Positions 14,346 to 21,645 of a DNA stretch of 32,000 nt are shown here, piece by piece (position 1 is the first letter of the stretch; the number at the start of each line of letters is the position of its first letter). The position numbers were made by a program, and so were the translations under genes. The stretch comes from a candidate division WWE3 bacterium (lineage in GTDB: Bacteria; Patescibacteriota; WWE3; JAPLWK01). The notes under the pieces were generated by a model. It worked only from the letters and a program-made list of their open reading frames with translations. It was not told the origin of the DNA and made no database searches. The stretch lies in assembly GCA_026396615.1 (NCBI GenBank), contig JAPLWK010000004.1, positions 48,739 to 80,738 of the forward strand, given 5' to 3'.

Positions 14346-15479
14346 ATTAACAATTTTATTGTAAATATCCTGCGCTTTAACCTTTGCTATCCCGTCATTA
14401 GTACTCCCCACGACTGAAAGCAATAGTTCTGCGCCCCGCTGAACCATGTCCGGACTCCAGTACGGGTCACGAGAGGCCCACCAGAATTGATCGGAGTTGA
14501 GAGCGCGATCTAGCAGACTCCTATTTTTATCGATTTCAAGATTAGGATTAATTCGGATTCCGTTTCGGATTAATTCGGATTTTTCAACAACATTAATAGC
14601 TAACCCTATCAACTCCCACTGCAACGCATGAATTGCGTTCCCCTCTCGCTGCCAATGGGGATACAGAACTCCGGCTTTAAGACCGGCATCAGTCGTCCCC
14701 CAGCTACACTCGGCAATGGCCGTAGTGGCGGTAAAATCGACTACGGATGCCAATTCACTAATAGTTAGATACTCGTAATTAAGGGCCGCCACGGCTTCTA
14801 AAAAGTTAACGCCTTCTGTCCAGTGATGACCAAAGGTTTCGCCGTCAAGTGCCAGCACTAATTGATCAGAAAAACGACCGTAAGCGTCAATTAAATTTTT
14901 AAAACCGGCGATGTTCTGAGCGTAACCAAAGGCGACAGCCAGACTGGCACCGCGATCACGAACAATCACCTTTGTCGCAGTGCTAGGCAGTGACAAAAAG
15001 TGTGATTTACCTAAGGCCGCTACTTCATCGACCAACACCCAGTCATACTTCTTCTCATTTAGGATACATATGACAGTGTCATTTATGGCGAGTTCGGGAG
15101 GAAAGAATCCACGTAATCGCCCTTTGGGCGAAACGTGGCACAGCCCGTTATGCCTAAGACAGTCTTCCTGCAACTCAATTTGTCGCTTAATCTCGGCTTC
15201 AGGTAATAATGGCAAAACGGGATGGCACCAGCCACCGCCAGTCACTTCCACCTGACCACGCCCAATTAATTCCCGCAAACTGTTAAGGATATCGGCGTAT
15301 TCCGGCGAATCCGACCACCATTTGATTAAAGTCCCACTAATATCTAAAGTGACGTGGAAAGCGGGGTGACGCTGTAAAATGGCCAGCAGCGGTCTGTAAG
15401 ATGAATTGCTAATGCTGGCGACGACCTCTGGGTCTTGAAAAGATGGTTGATGGAGGTGTAAAAGCCAGGAAATTTTCAT
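14316..15479 (-). CDS. Glycoside hydrolase family 57 protein (paralog 1)
   Basis: MKISWLLHLHQPS, GQVEVTGGGWCHPVLPLLP, LDGETFGHHW, SDQFWWAS. Its ATG overlaps the upstream glgA stop (ATGA). Confidence 0.8.
   Translation of the reverse strand: MKISWLLHLHQPSFQDPEVVASISNSSYRPLLAILQRHPAFHVTLDISGTLIKWWSDSPEYADILNSLRELIGRGQVEVTGGGWCHPVLPLLPEAEIKRQIELQEDCLRHNGLCHVSPKGRLRGFFPPELAINDTVICILNEKKYDWVLVDEVAALGKSHFLSLPSTATKVIVRDRGASLAVAFGYAQNIAGFKNLIDAYGRFSDQLVLALDGETFGHHWTEGVNFLEAVAALNYEYLTISELASVVDFTATTAIAECSWGTTDAGLKAGVLYPHWQREGNAIHALQWELIGLAINVVEKSELIRNGIRINPNLEIDKNRSLLDRALNSDQFWWASRDPYWSPDMVQRGAELLLSVVGSTNDGIAKVKAQDIYNKIVNLLDSGSSPE
14540..14584. repeat. TTCGGAT-family repeat cluster in-frame inside GH57 paralog 1
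   Basis: ATTAGGATTAATTCGGATTCCGTTTCGGATTAATTCGGATTTTT. Encodes part of SELIRNGIRINPNLE. Confidence 0.75.
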
Positions 15480-17038
15480 GACAGCGTTAAACCACCCGTT
15501 TCAATAAGCGGACTGCGATTGTGAAAATCAAGAGCCTTGGCAAATAGCTTTTCATAATCCTTGGAAACCTTTTTCCAAGAAAAATCACGGGTCATGGCGC
15601 GCTCTTGAAGACCGCGCCAAGTATTAACATGGTGGTAGGACTCGATAGCCCGCACGATCTGGGCAAAAAAGGCCCACATGTCAAAATCATGAAACACAAA
15701 GCCGGTACCGATGCCTGTTACAGCGTCAAAATTAGTGACCGTGTCGGCCAGTCCTCCAGTGGCGCGGACAACAGGAATAGTGCCGTAGTGCTGGTACTCC
15801 ATTTGAACTAGCCCACAAGGCTCAAAACGGGATGGGAACAAGCCAATATCGGCCCCGGCAAAGACTAAGCGAGGTAAAGTGAAATTAGGCATGGGGTGAA
15901 TGCTGACTTTACGCGGATATTCCTCGTGCAGTTTCTTTAGAGCTTCGATGAAAGAGCCATCTCCCCCACCCACTTGCACGAACTGAATGTCAAAATCACG
16001 CATTAAGGGATGAATGACATCAAGTATCAGGTCCACCCCTTTTTGGCTGTCAAGACGCCCCACAAAAGCTAGCACCGGGATGTTTGGTTTGATAGGCAGA
16101 TCAAACTCCCTTTGTAACGCGGCTTTATTTTCGGGACGATCTTCTAAACTATTTACCGAAAAATTCTTGGCAATATATTTATCGGTAGCCGGATTAAATT
16201 CGCTGTAATCAATGCCGTTGACGACCCCGAATAACTTGCTGCGAACCTCTAAAAGTAACTTATCCATGCCCTCACCATATTCCGGCGTTAAAATTTCATG
16301 AGCGTAAGTTTCGGAAACGGTGTTCACCAAGTCGGCATACATCGCTCCGCGACGCATAAAATTCTGCTTTTCCAAACGCGGTGAAAATAGTGCCGCCACT
16401 TCGGAATGGCCGTCATCAAAGTCCATTTCTGAAATCGTGCGATGGTCGAACATCCCTTGAAAGCGGAGATTGTGAATCGTAAATATAGTGGCGATTTTCT
16501 TGAGGATCGGATCATTTTTATAAACAGTTTTTAGGTAATTTGACAGTATACCGGTATGCCAGTCGTTAGTTTGAATAATATCCGGCACCCAGTCGGAAGT
16601 CTTGATGAACTCCAAAGCGCCGCGTGACAACAAGGCCCAACGAACCGGATCATCGTTGTAACCGTAAACATTGGCCCGTTTTTCGTAGTATTCCTGATTT
16701 TCTAAAAAGTAAGTGGGTACACCGTCCTCAAATTTATTCATTTTAACGTTACAAATTAACTCTTTTAGACCATCTTCGGAATCGGTGGGTACTGAAAGAC
16801 CGACTTTAACCATCTTCATTTTGTAAACGGACTCGTCAATAGAACCAAATTTAGGCATGAATAAGCGGACATCATGTCCTCTGGCAGCGAGTGACCGAGA
16901 CAAATATGCGAGGACCCGAGCGTAACCACCAACGTTGGCATACGGCGAAACCTCGGCACCGACCATTAGAATCTTAAGTGGCTTGTCAGTTTTGCTTTCT
17001 TCTGTAATGAATTTTTGGACTTTGGAGAGGATCGTCAT
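15476..17038 (-). CDS. glgA: Glycogen/starch synthase (GT5), second copy
   Basis: KILMVGAEVSPYANVGGYARVL, NDWHTG, SRFEPCGLVQMEYQHYGTIPVVRATGGL. Start set at ATG 17038 because the track's 36-aa upstream extension runs through element copy 7. Confidence 0.85.
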   Translation of the reverse strand: MTILSKVQKFITEESKTDKPLKILMVGAEVSPYANVGGYARVLAYLSRSLAARGHDVRLFMPKFGSIDESVYKMKMVKVGLSVPTDSEDGLKELICNVKMNKFEDGVPTYFLENQEYYEKRANVYGYNDDPVRWALLSRGALEFIKTSDWVPDIIQTNDWHTGILSNYLKTVYKNDPILKKIATIFTIHNLRFQGMFDHRTISEMDFDDGHSEVAALFSPRLEKQNFMRRGAMYADLVNTVSETYAHEILTPEYGEGMDKLLLEVRSKLFGVVNGIDYSEFNPATDKYIAKNFSVNSLEDRPENKAALQREFDLPIKPNIPVLAFVGRLDSQKGVDLILDVIHPLMRDFDIQFVQVGGGDGSFIEALKKLHEEYPRKVSIHPMPNFTLPRLVFAGADIGLFPSRFEPCGLVQMEYQHYGTIPVVRATGGLADTVTNFDAVTGIGTGFVFHDFDMWAFFAQIVRAIESYHHVNTWRGLQERAMTRDFSWKKVSKDYEKLFAKALDFHNRSPLIETGGLTLS

Positions 17039-17046
17039 TAAATAAA

Positions 17047-17055
17047 AGTATAGCA
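17047..17055 (-). promoter_or_regulatory. Extended -10 (TGcTATACT), 8 nt upstream of ATG 17038
   Basis: Minus strand: GGAATGACATATCTGGTATTGTGCTATACT-TTTATTTA-ATG. The end of element copy 7 lies directly upstream. Confidence 0.45.
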
Positions 17056-17068
17056 CAATACCAGATAT

Positions 17069-17224
17069 GTCATTCCGGGCTTGACCCGGAATCCAGTAAA
17101 CAATCCAACAAACGTAGGGGCTTGATTCATCAAGCCCTCGATTCAATTGACCGAGGGCCGGATAAATCCGGCCCCTACGTTATTGTTTTTTGTTATTGGA
17201 TTCCGGCTCTGGGGCCGGAATGAC
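17069..17224 (+). repeat. Palindromic mini-element copy 7 (156 bp, composite, carries a nested 69-nt insert)
   Basis: Standard left arm at 17069-17099. The right arm is TTATTGGATTCCGGCTCTGGGGCCGGAATGAC, ending at 17224. Confidence 0.9.
17112..17180. other. 69-nt perfectly nested four-way-junction (cloverleaf-like) palindrome inside copy 7
   Basis: Outer stem ACGTAGGGG / CCCCTACGT. Three abutting hairpins: CTTGA-TTCA-TCAAG, CCCTCG-ATTCAATTGAC-CGAGGG, CCGGA-TAAA-TCCGG. No unpaired junction bases. It lacks tRNA D/T-loop signatures. Confidence 0.6.
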
Positions 17225-17232
17225 AAGTTGGG

Positions 17233-17284
17233 AAACAAAAAGTCGCCTCGCGCGATTACTGATCAAGTAATAACGTTTGGCGAC
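17233..17284 (-). terminator. Rho-independent terminator-like hairpin on the minus strand
   Basis: GTCGCC (17242-17247) pairs with GGCGAC (17279-17284), with inner stem ATTACT/AGTAAT. The minus strand continues TTTTTGTTT (plus 17233-17241). Confidence 0.45.
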
Positions 17285-17485
17285 TGGTACCTTGGCTGCG
17301 TAGTCTGTCTCTGGGACGATGATACGTTAGATCTTAAGTGTCACTCGTCCATTTATTTTACCCCAAATGCATTTTGGAGAGTTTTATGGTTATTTAATAA
17401 TTGTCGACACTCTCAATCTCCGGATTTTATCGCGATTTGTAATACGAGGAAGACCTTTCCTAAATATCTGAAAGGTCGAGGCACC

Positions 17486-17509
17486 CCCACTTCGCTAAAG
17501 CTTCGTGGG
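17486..17509 (-). repeat. 24-mer CCCACGAAGCTTTAGCGAAGTGGG, copy 2 (on the minus strand)
   Basis: The plus strand reads CCCACTTCGCTAAAGCTTCGTGGG, the exact reverse complement of 1180-1203. Confidence 0.85.
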
Positions 17510-17601
17510 AAACGAGGCGTGTTTTGCACGGTGGAAACACGTCAATATTTGCTTGTCTCACATCGACCTAGTCGAAAATGAATTAGTCATTACTTGTCTT
17601 A

Positions 17602-17629
17602 AAGTTAGCAGAAGTAATAAAGTTGTCAA
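17602..17629 (-). promoter_or_regulatory. TTGACA-16-TAACTT promoter-like site just after the HTH gene stop
   Basis: Minus strand: TTGACA (17629-17624), 16-nt spacer, TAACTT (17607-17602). Confidence 0.35.
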
Positions 17630-17632
17630 TGA

Positions 17633-18436
17633 TTAAATATTACGAAGATCGGCTTCCAATTTATTCTTGGCGACAACTTTAAAACCTTTAACACTTTCTA
17701 CCTCGCGCCAGAGGTTAATGTCGGTAACATCCAGAAAACAGAGGTTAGCGTTGGCCTCATCGTTTGCGGTAACAGCTTGCAGCACATTTTCAAAAAACGG
17801 CAAATCGTCGAAACGAACGTAAACATGGATCACAGAAAAAGGCGGCATCTCTCGCTGCAGCGACATGCCAGCGAAGCCGGTTAAAGCGTATGGGACGTGA
17901 GCATTGGTACAGGATTTTTGAATCTTTTGGGCTAGAAGACGAAGATCACGAATATTACTGCGATACAGCAATTTATTTTTCTGAACAGGCGCTATTGGTT
18001 TAGGAGCCGGAGTTGACACGACAACTTCTTCCTCTTCCGAGGCATCATAAATATCAGTAATAACAGGCACGGTTGAAGCTGCTACTGGAGCCCGCCGAAA
18101 GGGCCAGACTTGCGCTACGTTTGACGGAGTAACAGGAGCCGTCTTTGGGAAGTTAATACGAGAGGCGGTTTCTTCTGAAGGCTCGTCTAGATGACGGGGC
18201 CTAGGCTGTGGTTCACGTGAGCTGGGACGCGGGGCCGGTACAAAGTGGTAAGGCTCTTTTTTTACCATCGGGCCCATGAAGTTAGTAATCGCCTCACGAG
18301 TAAAACGAAGCCGGCCACCGGCAGTTTTAAAAGTTTCTATTTTTCCATCCCTGATGTAACGGTACAAAGAGCGAAGAGTTACGCCAAGCACTTGGGCCAC
18401 TTCTGGCGCTGTGTAAAATCTGTCTTGCAGTTCCAT
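17633..18436 (-). CDS. Excisionase/MerR-type helix-turn-helix DNA-binding protein with an unknown C-terminal domain
   Basis: N-terminus FYTAPEVAQVLGVTLRSLYRYIRDGKIETFKTAGGRLRF matches the excisionase-family HTH. A proline-rich linker and an uncharacterised domain of about 110 aa follow. Confidence 0.7.
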   Translation of the reverse strand: MELQDRFYTAPEVAQVLGVTLRSLYRYIRDGKIETFKTAGGRLRFTREAITNFMGPMVKKEPYHFVPAPRPSSREPQPRPRHLDEPSEETASRINFPKTAPVTPSNVAQVWPFRRAPVAASTVPVITDIYDASEEEEVVVSTPAPKPIAPVQKNKLLYRSNIRDLRLLAQKIQKSCTNAHVPYALTGFAGMSLQREMPPFSVIHVYVRFDDLPFFENVLQAVTANDEANANLCFLDVTDINLWREVESVKGFKVVAKNKLEADLRNI

Positions 18437-18444
18437 ATGGTATT

Positions 18445-18473
18445 AAATTAGGAAATTTTAGACATGAAGTCAA
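18445..18473 (-). promoter_or_regulatory. TTGACT-17-TAATTT promoter, 8 nt upstream of ATG 18436
   Basis: Minus strand: TTGACT (18473-18468), 17-nt spacer, TAATTT (18450-18445), then AATACCAT, then ATG. Confidence 0.5.
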
Positions 18474-18501
18474 GGGCCAATTTAGGTCATTAATATAATA
18501 T

Positions 18502-18568
18502 GTCATTCCGGGCTTGACCCGGAATCTAGTAATCGTTTACTGGATTCCGGCTCAGGGGCCGGAATGAC
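18502..18568 (+). repeat. Palindromic mini-element copy 8 (short form, 67 bp, arms separated by 3-4 nt)
   Basis: GTCATTCCGGGCTTGACCCGGAATCTAGTAA-TCG-TTTACTGGATTCCGGCTCAGGGGCCGGAATGAC. It supplies the C-terminus SFRPLSRNPVNDY and the stop of the GT26 gene. Confidence 0.95.
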
Positions 18569-19254
18569 AAGAGGATCTTTATAGGAAACAAAACATACGC
18601 CCGAAGGACGCGGCCTAAACGTTTAGGTTCCAAGAAGATCCGCCATAGAGCTTCCAAAGGACCGGAAGCGCGACGGCGCTTCCCCACTATAAAATCAAAC
18701 GTCCCGCCTACCCCAATGCCCACACGGACGTTTGATAACAGATGACGATTAGCGTAAAGCCATTTTTCCTGCTTCGGACTACCAAATGCTACAAAAAGTA
18801 GGTCAATTTGTTCTGTAAAAACTTCCGGTGACGACTCGCGAGAACAGTAGATTACATTTAGACCGGGGTATGTATCTAGCAGTTTTGACTTGACCAATTG
18901 GCAAACGTCGGTATCCTGGTAAGACTCACCGCCAAGTAGTCCTAGTGACCAGCCTTGTAATGACGCTGTTTGGCAAAGCCTAGGCACTAAATCCGCCCCC
19001 GCAATTTTCTCTGTGGCGTGACTGGGATTGAATAGGCGCTGACAGAGAACCACCCCAAAACCATCCGGCAATGAAAGGTCAGCGGAATTGAGGATAACTT
19101 TAAAGACCGGGTCTGCTGAAGCATTTAGTAGAAAGTCCGCGTTAACGGTGGTAACGAGATGAAAACGAGGTTCCGTGACAAAGCCTGAAATTCGTGACAA
19201 AGCATCTTTAAATAATATATTTTCGACGTGAACTCCTAGTATGTTAGTTGTCAT
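18526..19254 (-). CDS. WecG/TagA/CpsF-family glycosyltransferase (GT26)
   Basis: LGVHVENI..., VTTVNADFL, SLPDGFGVV, VAFGSPKQEKW, GIGVGGTFDFIVGKRRRAS, EALWRIFLEPKRL. These are typical GT26 motifs. Confidence 0.8.
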   Translation of the reverse strand: MTTNILGVHVENILFKDALSRISGFVTEPRFHLVTTVNADFLLNASADPVFKVILNSADLSLPDGFGVVLCQRLFNPSHATEKIAGADLVPRLCQTASLQGWSLGLLGGESYQDTDVCQLVKSKLLDTYPGLNVIYCSRESSPEVFTEQIDLLFVAFGSPKQEKWLYANRHLLSNVRVGIGVGGTFDFIVGKRRRASGPLEALWRIFLEPKRLGRVLRAYVLFPIKILLSFRPLSRNPVNDY

Positions 19255-19265
19255 ATTTTAGATAT

Positions 19266-19372
19266 GTCATTCCGGCCTTGAGCCGGAATCCAGTAACTCC
19301 GAACGATTTTCATGACCGGTGTTATTGGATTGACTGGATTCCGGGTCGCGCGAGGCGCTTGCCCGGAATGAC
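19266..19372. repeat. Palindromic mini-element copy 9 (107 bp, divergent arms, enlarged second loop)
   Basis: GTCATTCCGGCCTTGAGCCGGAATCCAGTAA ... TGACTGGATTCCGGGTCGCGCGAGGCGCTTGCCCGGAATGAC. It encodes the last ~35 aa (SFRASASRDPESSQSNNTGHENRSELLDSGSRPE) and the stop of the GT4 gene. Confidence 0.9.
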
Positions 19373-20406
19373 ATAAATAAAGACTCCGCAGCTTTTTCCC
19401 AACTAAACCTCTTCGACATTGTCAAACATTTTTGACAAATATCGTCGTTGGTATTTCTCAAGCGCGCTACCTCAATTAATCCGTCAGCGATAGAGTCAAC
19501 TGAGCCGCTACCCACCACCACGCCCACTTTTGAGAAATCTAATTGGACCCCTACTCTGTCACTCACCACAACAGGTGTTCCACAAGCTAGGCTCTCGATG
19601 ACAGGCAGGCCAAAGCCCTCTTCATGAGAAACGAGGCAAGTGGCTTCAGCATAACTATAAAGTATTGGCAAATCGGCCGTCGCTACCCTCCCGAGAAACT
19701 TAACCCTATCGGAAATACTAAATTTTATGTCACCACCACTACCAGCAATCACTAGATCATAATGATCTTTTAGGTCAGTTTGATTGAGTTTTGCAAAAGC
19801 GGCAATTAAATTAGTTAAATTTTTTCGTTTATTTATTGTCCCTACATATAAGAAGTAAGGGCTACGTAGATTATACTTATTTGCAAGAGTCACCATTTCT
19901 GAAGATTGACGTGGATAAAAAACCGCGGCGTCTACGCCCTCTGGGATAATAGTGATTTCTTTTTGACCATACATACGGATTAAATTCGTCTTCGTCGCTT
20001 CCGAAACTACTATAATAGTATCGGCATATTTAACCGACCAGCGGAGTGACAAACTGCGATCAATTTCACCATGGACTGTTACAACAACGCGGAGACCAGG
20101 TCGATGCAGTAGTGGCAGGGTTGGGACCGGCTCCCAGAGGACGTTGATCTGGCGGTATTGGAAAGAAGCGAGCATTACTTGTAGTTGAGTGATAAGAAAA
20201 CGACCCTGTAGTCCGACGATTTCGTAGTTGGAAAACGAGCCTAGAGTCTGTTGCCAAAAGACCTTCGCCTCTAGTCCCGTAGTCAACAAAATAAAGTTAT
20301 CTGTCAAATTAGCCTTTATTAGCGCCTTAGTCATCTCAATCGTGTAAACATCGGTGCCAACGGGAGTCTTAAAATTAGTCTTTGTAAGATCAATTCCAAT
20401 TATCAC
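19267..20406 (-). CDS. Glycosyltransferase family 4 (group 1)
   Basis: EGFGLPVIESLACGTPVVVSD is the E-x7-E region of GT4. Start placed at GTG 20406 (MIIGIDLTK..., a typical GT4 N-terminus), 6 nt after a TATAAT box. The track's ATG 20454 lies inside a repeat. Confidence 0.8.
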   Translation of the reverse strand: MIIGIDLTKTNFKTPVGTDVYTIEMTKALIKANLTDNFILLTTGLEAKVFWQQTLGSFSNYEIVGLQGRFLITQLQVMLASFQYRQINVLWEPVPTLPLLHRPGLRVVVTVHGEIDRSLSLRWSVKYADTIIVVSEATKTNLIRMYGQKEITIIPEGVDAAVFYPRQSSEMVTLANKYNLRSPYFLYVGTINKRKNLTNLIAAFAKLNQTDLKDHYDLVIAGSGGDIKFSISDRVKFLGRVATADLPILYSYAEATCLVSHEEGFGLPVIESLACGTPVVVSDRVGVQLDFSKVGVVVGSGSVDSIADGLIEVARLRNTNDDICQKCLTMSKRFSWEKAAESLFMSFRASASRDPESSQSNNTGHENRSELLDSGSRPE

Positions 20407-20412
20407 ACTTCT

Positions 20413-20418
20413 ATTATA
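20413..20418 (-). promoter_or_regulatory. TATAAT -10 box, 6 nt upstream of GTG 20406
   Basis: Minus strand: TATAAT-AGAAGT-GTG. Confidence 0.45.
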
Positions 20419-20430
20419 TACAAATACCAG

Positions 20431-20470
20431 TATTCGGATACATTTGGATACCATTTCGGATTAATTAGGA
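20431..20470. repeat. TTCGGAT-family repeat cluster in the divergent promoter region
   Basis: TATTCGGATACATTTGGATACCATTTCGGATTAATTAGGA. Confidence 0.75.
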
Positions 20471-20477
20471 TGTAGTA

Positions 20478-20483
20478 TATAAT
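20478..20483 (+). promoter_or_regulatory. TATAAT -10 box, 6 nt upstream of GTG 20490
   Basis: TATAAT-ACATCT-GTG. Confidence 0.45.
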
Positions 20484-20489
20484 ACATCT

Positions 20490-21641
20490 GTGACTATCCG
20501 ACTGGGAAAACTTATTATCAGTAAGAAGACCGCCCTGGCAATTGCCATGCCTCCCGGCATTCTTTTTTTCACCCTGATCGCCATCTTTTTTGGCAAGGGT
20601 TACAACATCAATGTTACCCAAAGAACGGTTGATAAAACCGGCATGTTAGTGGTTAAATCTCAACCAGACGGGGCCAAGATATACCTTGATAACGAGTGGA
20701 AAAGCGCTACCCCCTTCACTTTTTCTAACTTAAGACCGAAGACGTACCTTGTTAGGGTTGAAAAAGATGGCTTTAGCACTTGGGAAAAACCGGTCAATGT
20801 GTACCCGGAATTAGTGACGGATATTACCTCTGTATTAGTCTCAGCGACGCCAAAATTAGAGCCTTTGACCTATGGTGGCGCTGCCAGTCCCAGTTACTCA
20901 GACTCGGCTCACGCCATTGCCTACGGCACCCAAAACAGCAAGCCCGGCATCTGGGTCCTGCCGGTCGGTAAGCCTTTGCCAATCACTCTTTTTCAGAGTA
21001 ATCCCTCGCTTGTCATGCCAGACACGGAAACTACTAAATATTCCAAAGCCGTAAGTTACAATTGGTCACCAATTGGCGATCAATTACTGGTGAAAATAAC
21101 TGACGAAGATTACCGATTGATCGACGTTAATCAAAGTAAAGAACTGGAACAGGCCAGTACTTCGGCCGATATTCTAAACGCCTGGAGTGATGAAATTACT
21201 AAAAAGAAAGTCTCTTTTCTGGAAAAACAAACGATTACTGCAGACCTCGCCCAAATAGCCACCGCTTCCGGGACCCTCTGGAGCCCAGACGGCTTAAAGT
21301 TCGCTTATAAAGTTGAAGAAAATGGCAGCACGGTTCTTAAAATCCATAACATGGAAAAACCAACCCCGATCGATGAGAAGACGGATTATGTCACCCTGAC
21401 CGCGGCTACCGGCACTACCCTATCAGCCTACATTTGGTATCCTGATAGTTACCATTTAGTACTTAAAGATGGCAATAGTCTGTATTTGGTCCGAATTGAT
21501 GGGACCAACAAGACCGAAATTTATTCCGGAGTCATTAACGGAGAGCAATTTTTTGTGACACCAGATGGTAATAAAGTTATTATTAACGCTTCCTTTAAAA
21601 AAGACGCCACTTCCGAACTCTACGCCATTAGTTTAAGATAA
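20490..21641 (+). CDS. Membrane-anchored PEGA-domain protein with a beta-propeller-like C-terminal region
   Basis: N-terminal TM helix. PEGA domain: VVKSQPDGAKIYLDNEWKSATPFTFSNLRPKTYLVRVEKDGFSTWEKPV. The C-terminus has repeated WSPDG/TPDG-type TolB-like strands. Confidence 0.75.
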   Translation: MTIRLGKLIISKKTALAIAMPPGILFFTLIAIFFGKGYNINVTQRTVDKTGMLVVKSQPDGAKIYLDNEWKSATPFTFSNLRPKTYLVRVEKDGFSTWEKPVNVYPELVTDITSVLVSATPKLEPLTYGGAASPSYSDSAHAIAYGTQNSKPGIWVLPVGKPLPITLFQSNPSLVMPDTETTKYSKAVSYNWSPIGDQLLVKITDEDYRLIDVNQSKELEQASTSADILNAWSDEITKKKVSFLEKQTITADLAQIATASGTLWSPDGLKFAYKVEENGSTVLKIHNMEKPTPIDEKTDYVTLTAATGTTLSAYIWYPDSYHLVLKDGNSLYLVRIDGTNKTEIYSGVINGEQFFVTPDGNKVIINASFKKDATSELYAISLR

Positions 21642-21645
21642 CAGC

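Larger units (their letters stand above)
17233..17595 (-). ncRNA. Candidate structured non-coding transcript or long leader (about 360 nt)
   Basis: About 400 bp without a credible ORF, in an otherwise tightly packed region. A minus-strand promoter lies at 17602-17629 and a terminator at 17233-17284. Several 7-8 bp hairpins are present, e.g. GACCTTTC/GAAAGGTC and CGTGTTT/AAACACG. Confidence 0.25.

Noticed and set aside
14306-14353. N-terminal extensions of track ORFs: 12779..14353, 15476..17146, 25179..25430, 19267..20454, 26711..27877
   Set aside because: The extensions translate repeat elements (YWIPGQARND and similar) or intergenic sequence. Internal ATG/GTG codons preceded by -10 boxes, or giving canonical family N-termini, were preferred.
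17112-17180. Cloverleaf-shaped 69-mer as a tRNA gene
   Set aside because: The outer stem is 9 bp, with no spacer bases at the junction. The loops are 4, 11 and 4 nt. There are no GG / GTTCRAnnC D- and T-loop signatures and no 7-nt anticodon loop. It is not a tRNA.
17147-17581. 144-aa plus-strand ORF in the long intergenic gap
   Set aside because: It begins inside element copy 7. It has an implausible C/W/R-rich composition, no promoter-proximal start and no recognisable motif. The region is treated as non-coding.
4634-18436. Tyrosine recombinase plus excisionase-type HTH gene as markers of a prophage or integrative island
   Set aside because: The two genes are 12 kb apart and separated by core genes (topA, dprA, the glycogen operon). 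I saw no phage structural, replication or att-like features. The recombinase looks like a chromosomal XerC/D.
10075-19372. Could the recurring ~31-nt repeats be a CRISPR array?
   Set aside because: Copies are irregularly spaced, from 67 bp to several kb apart. They occur in both orientations, come as inverted-repeat pairs with a T/G-rich spacer of similar sequence, and lie inside genes. No cas genes are present. A palindromic interspersed element fits; a CRISPR array does not.
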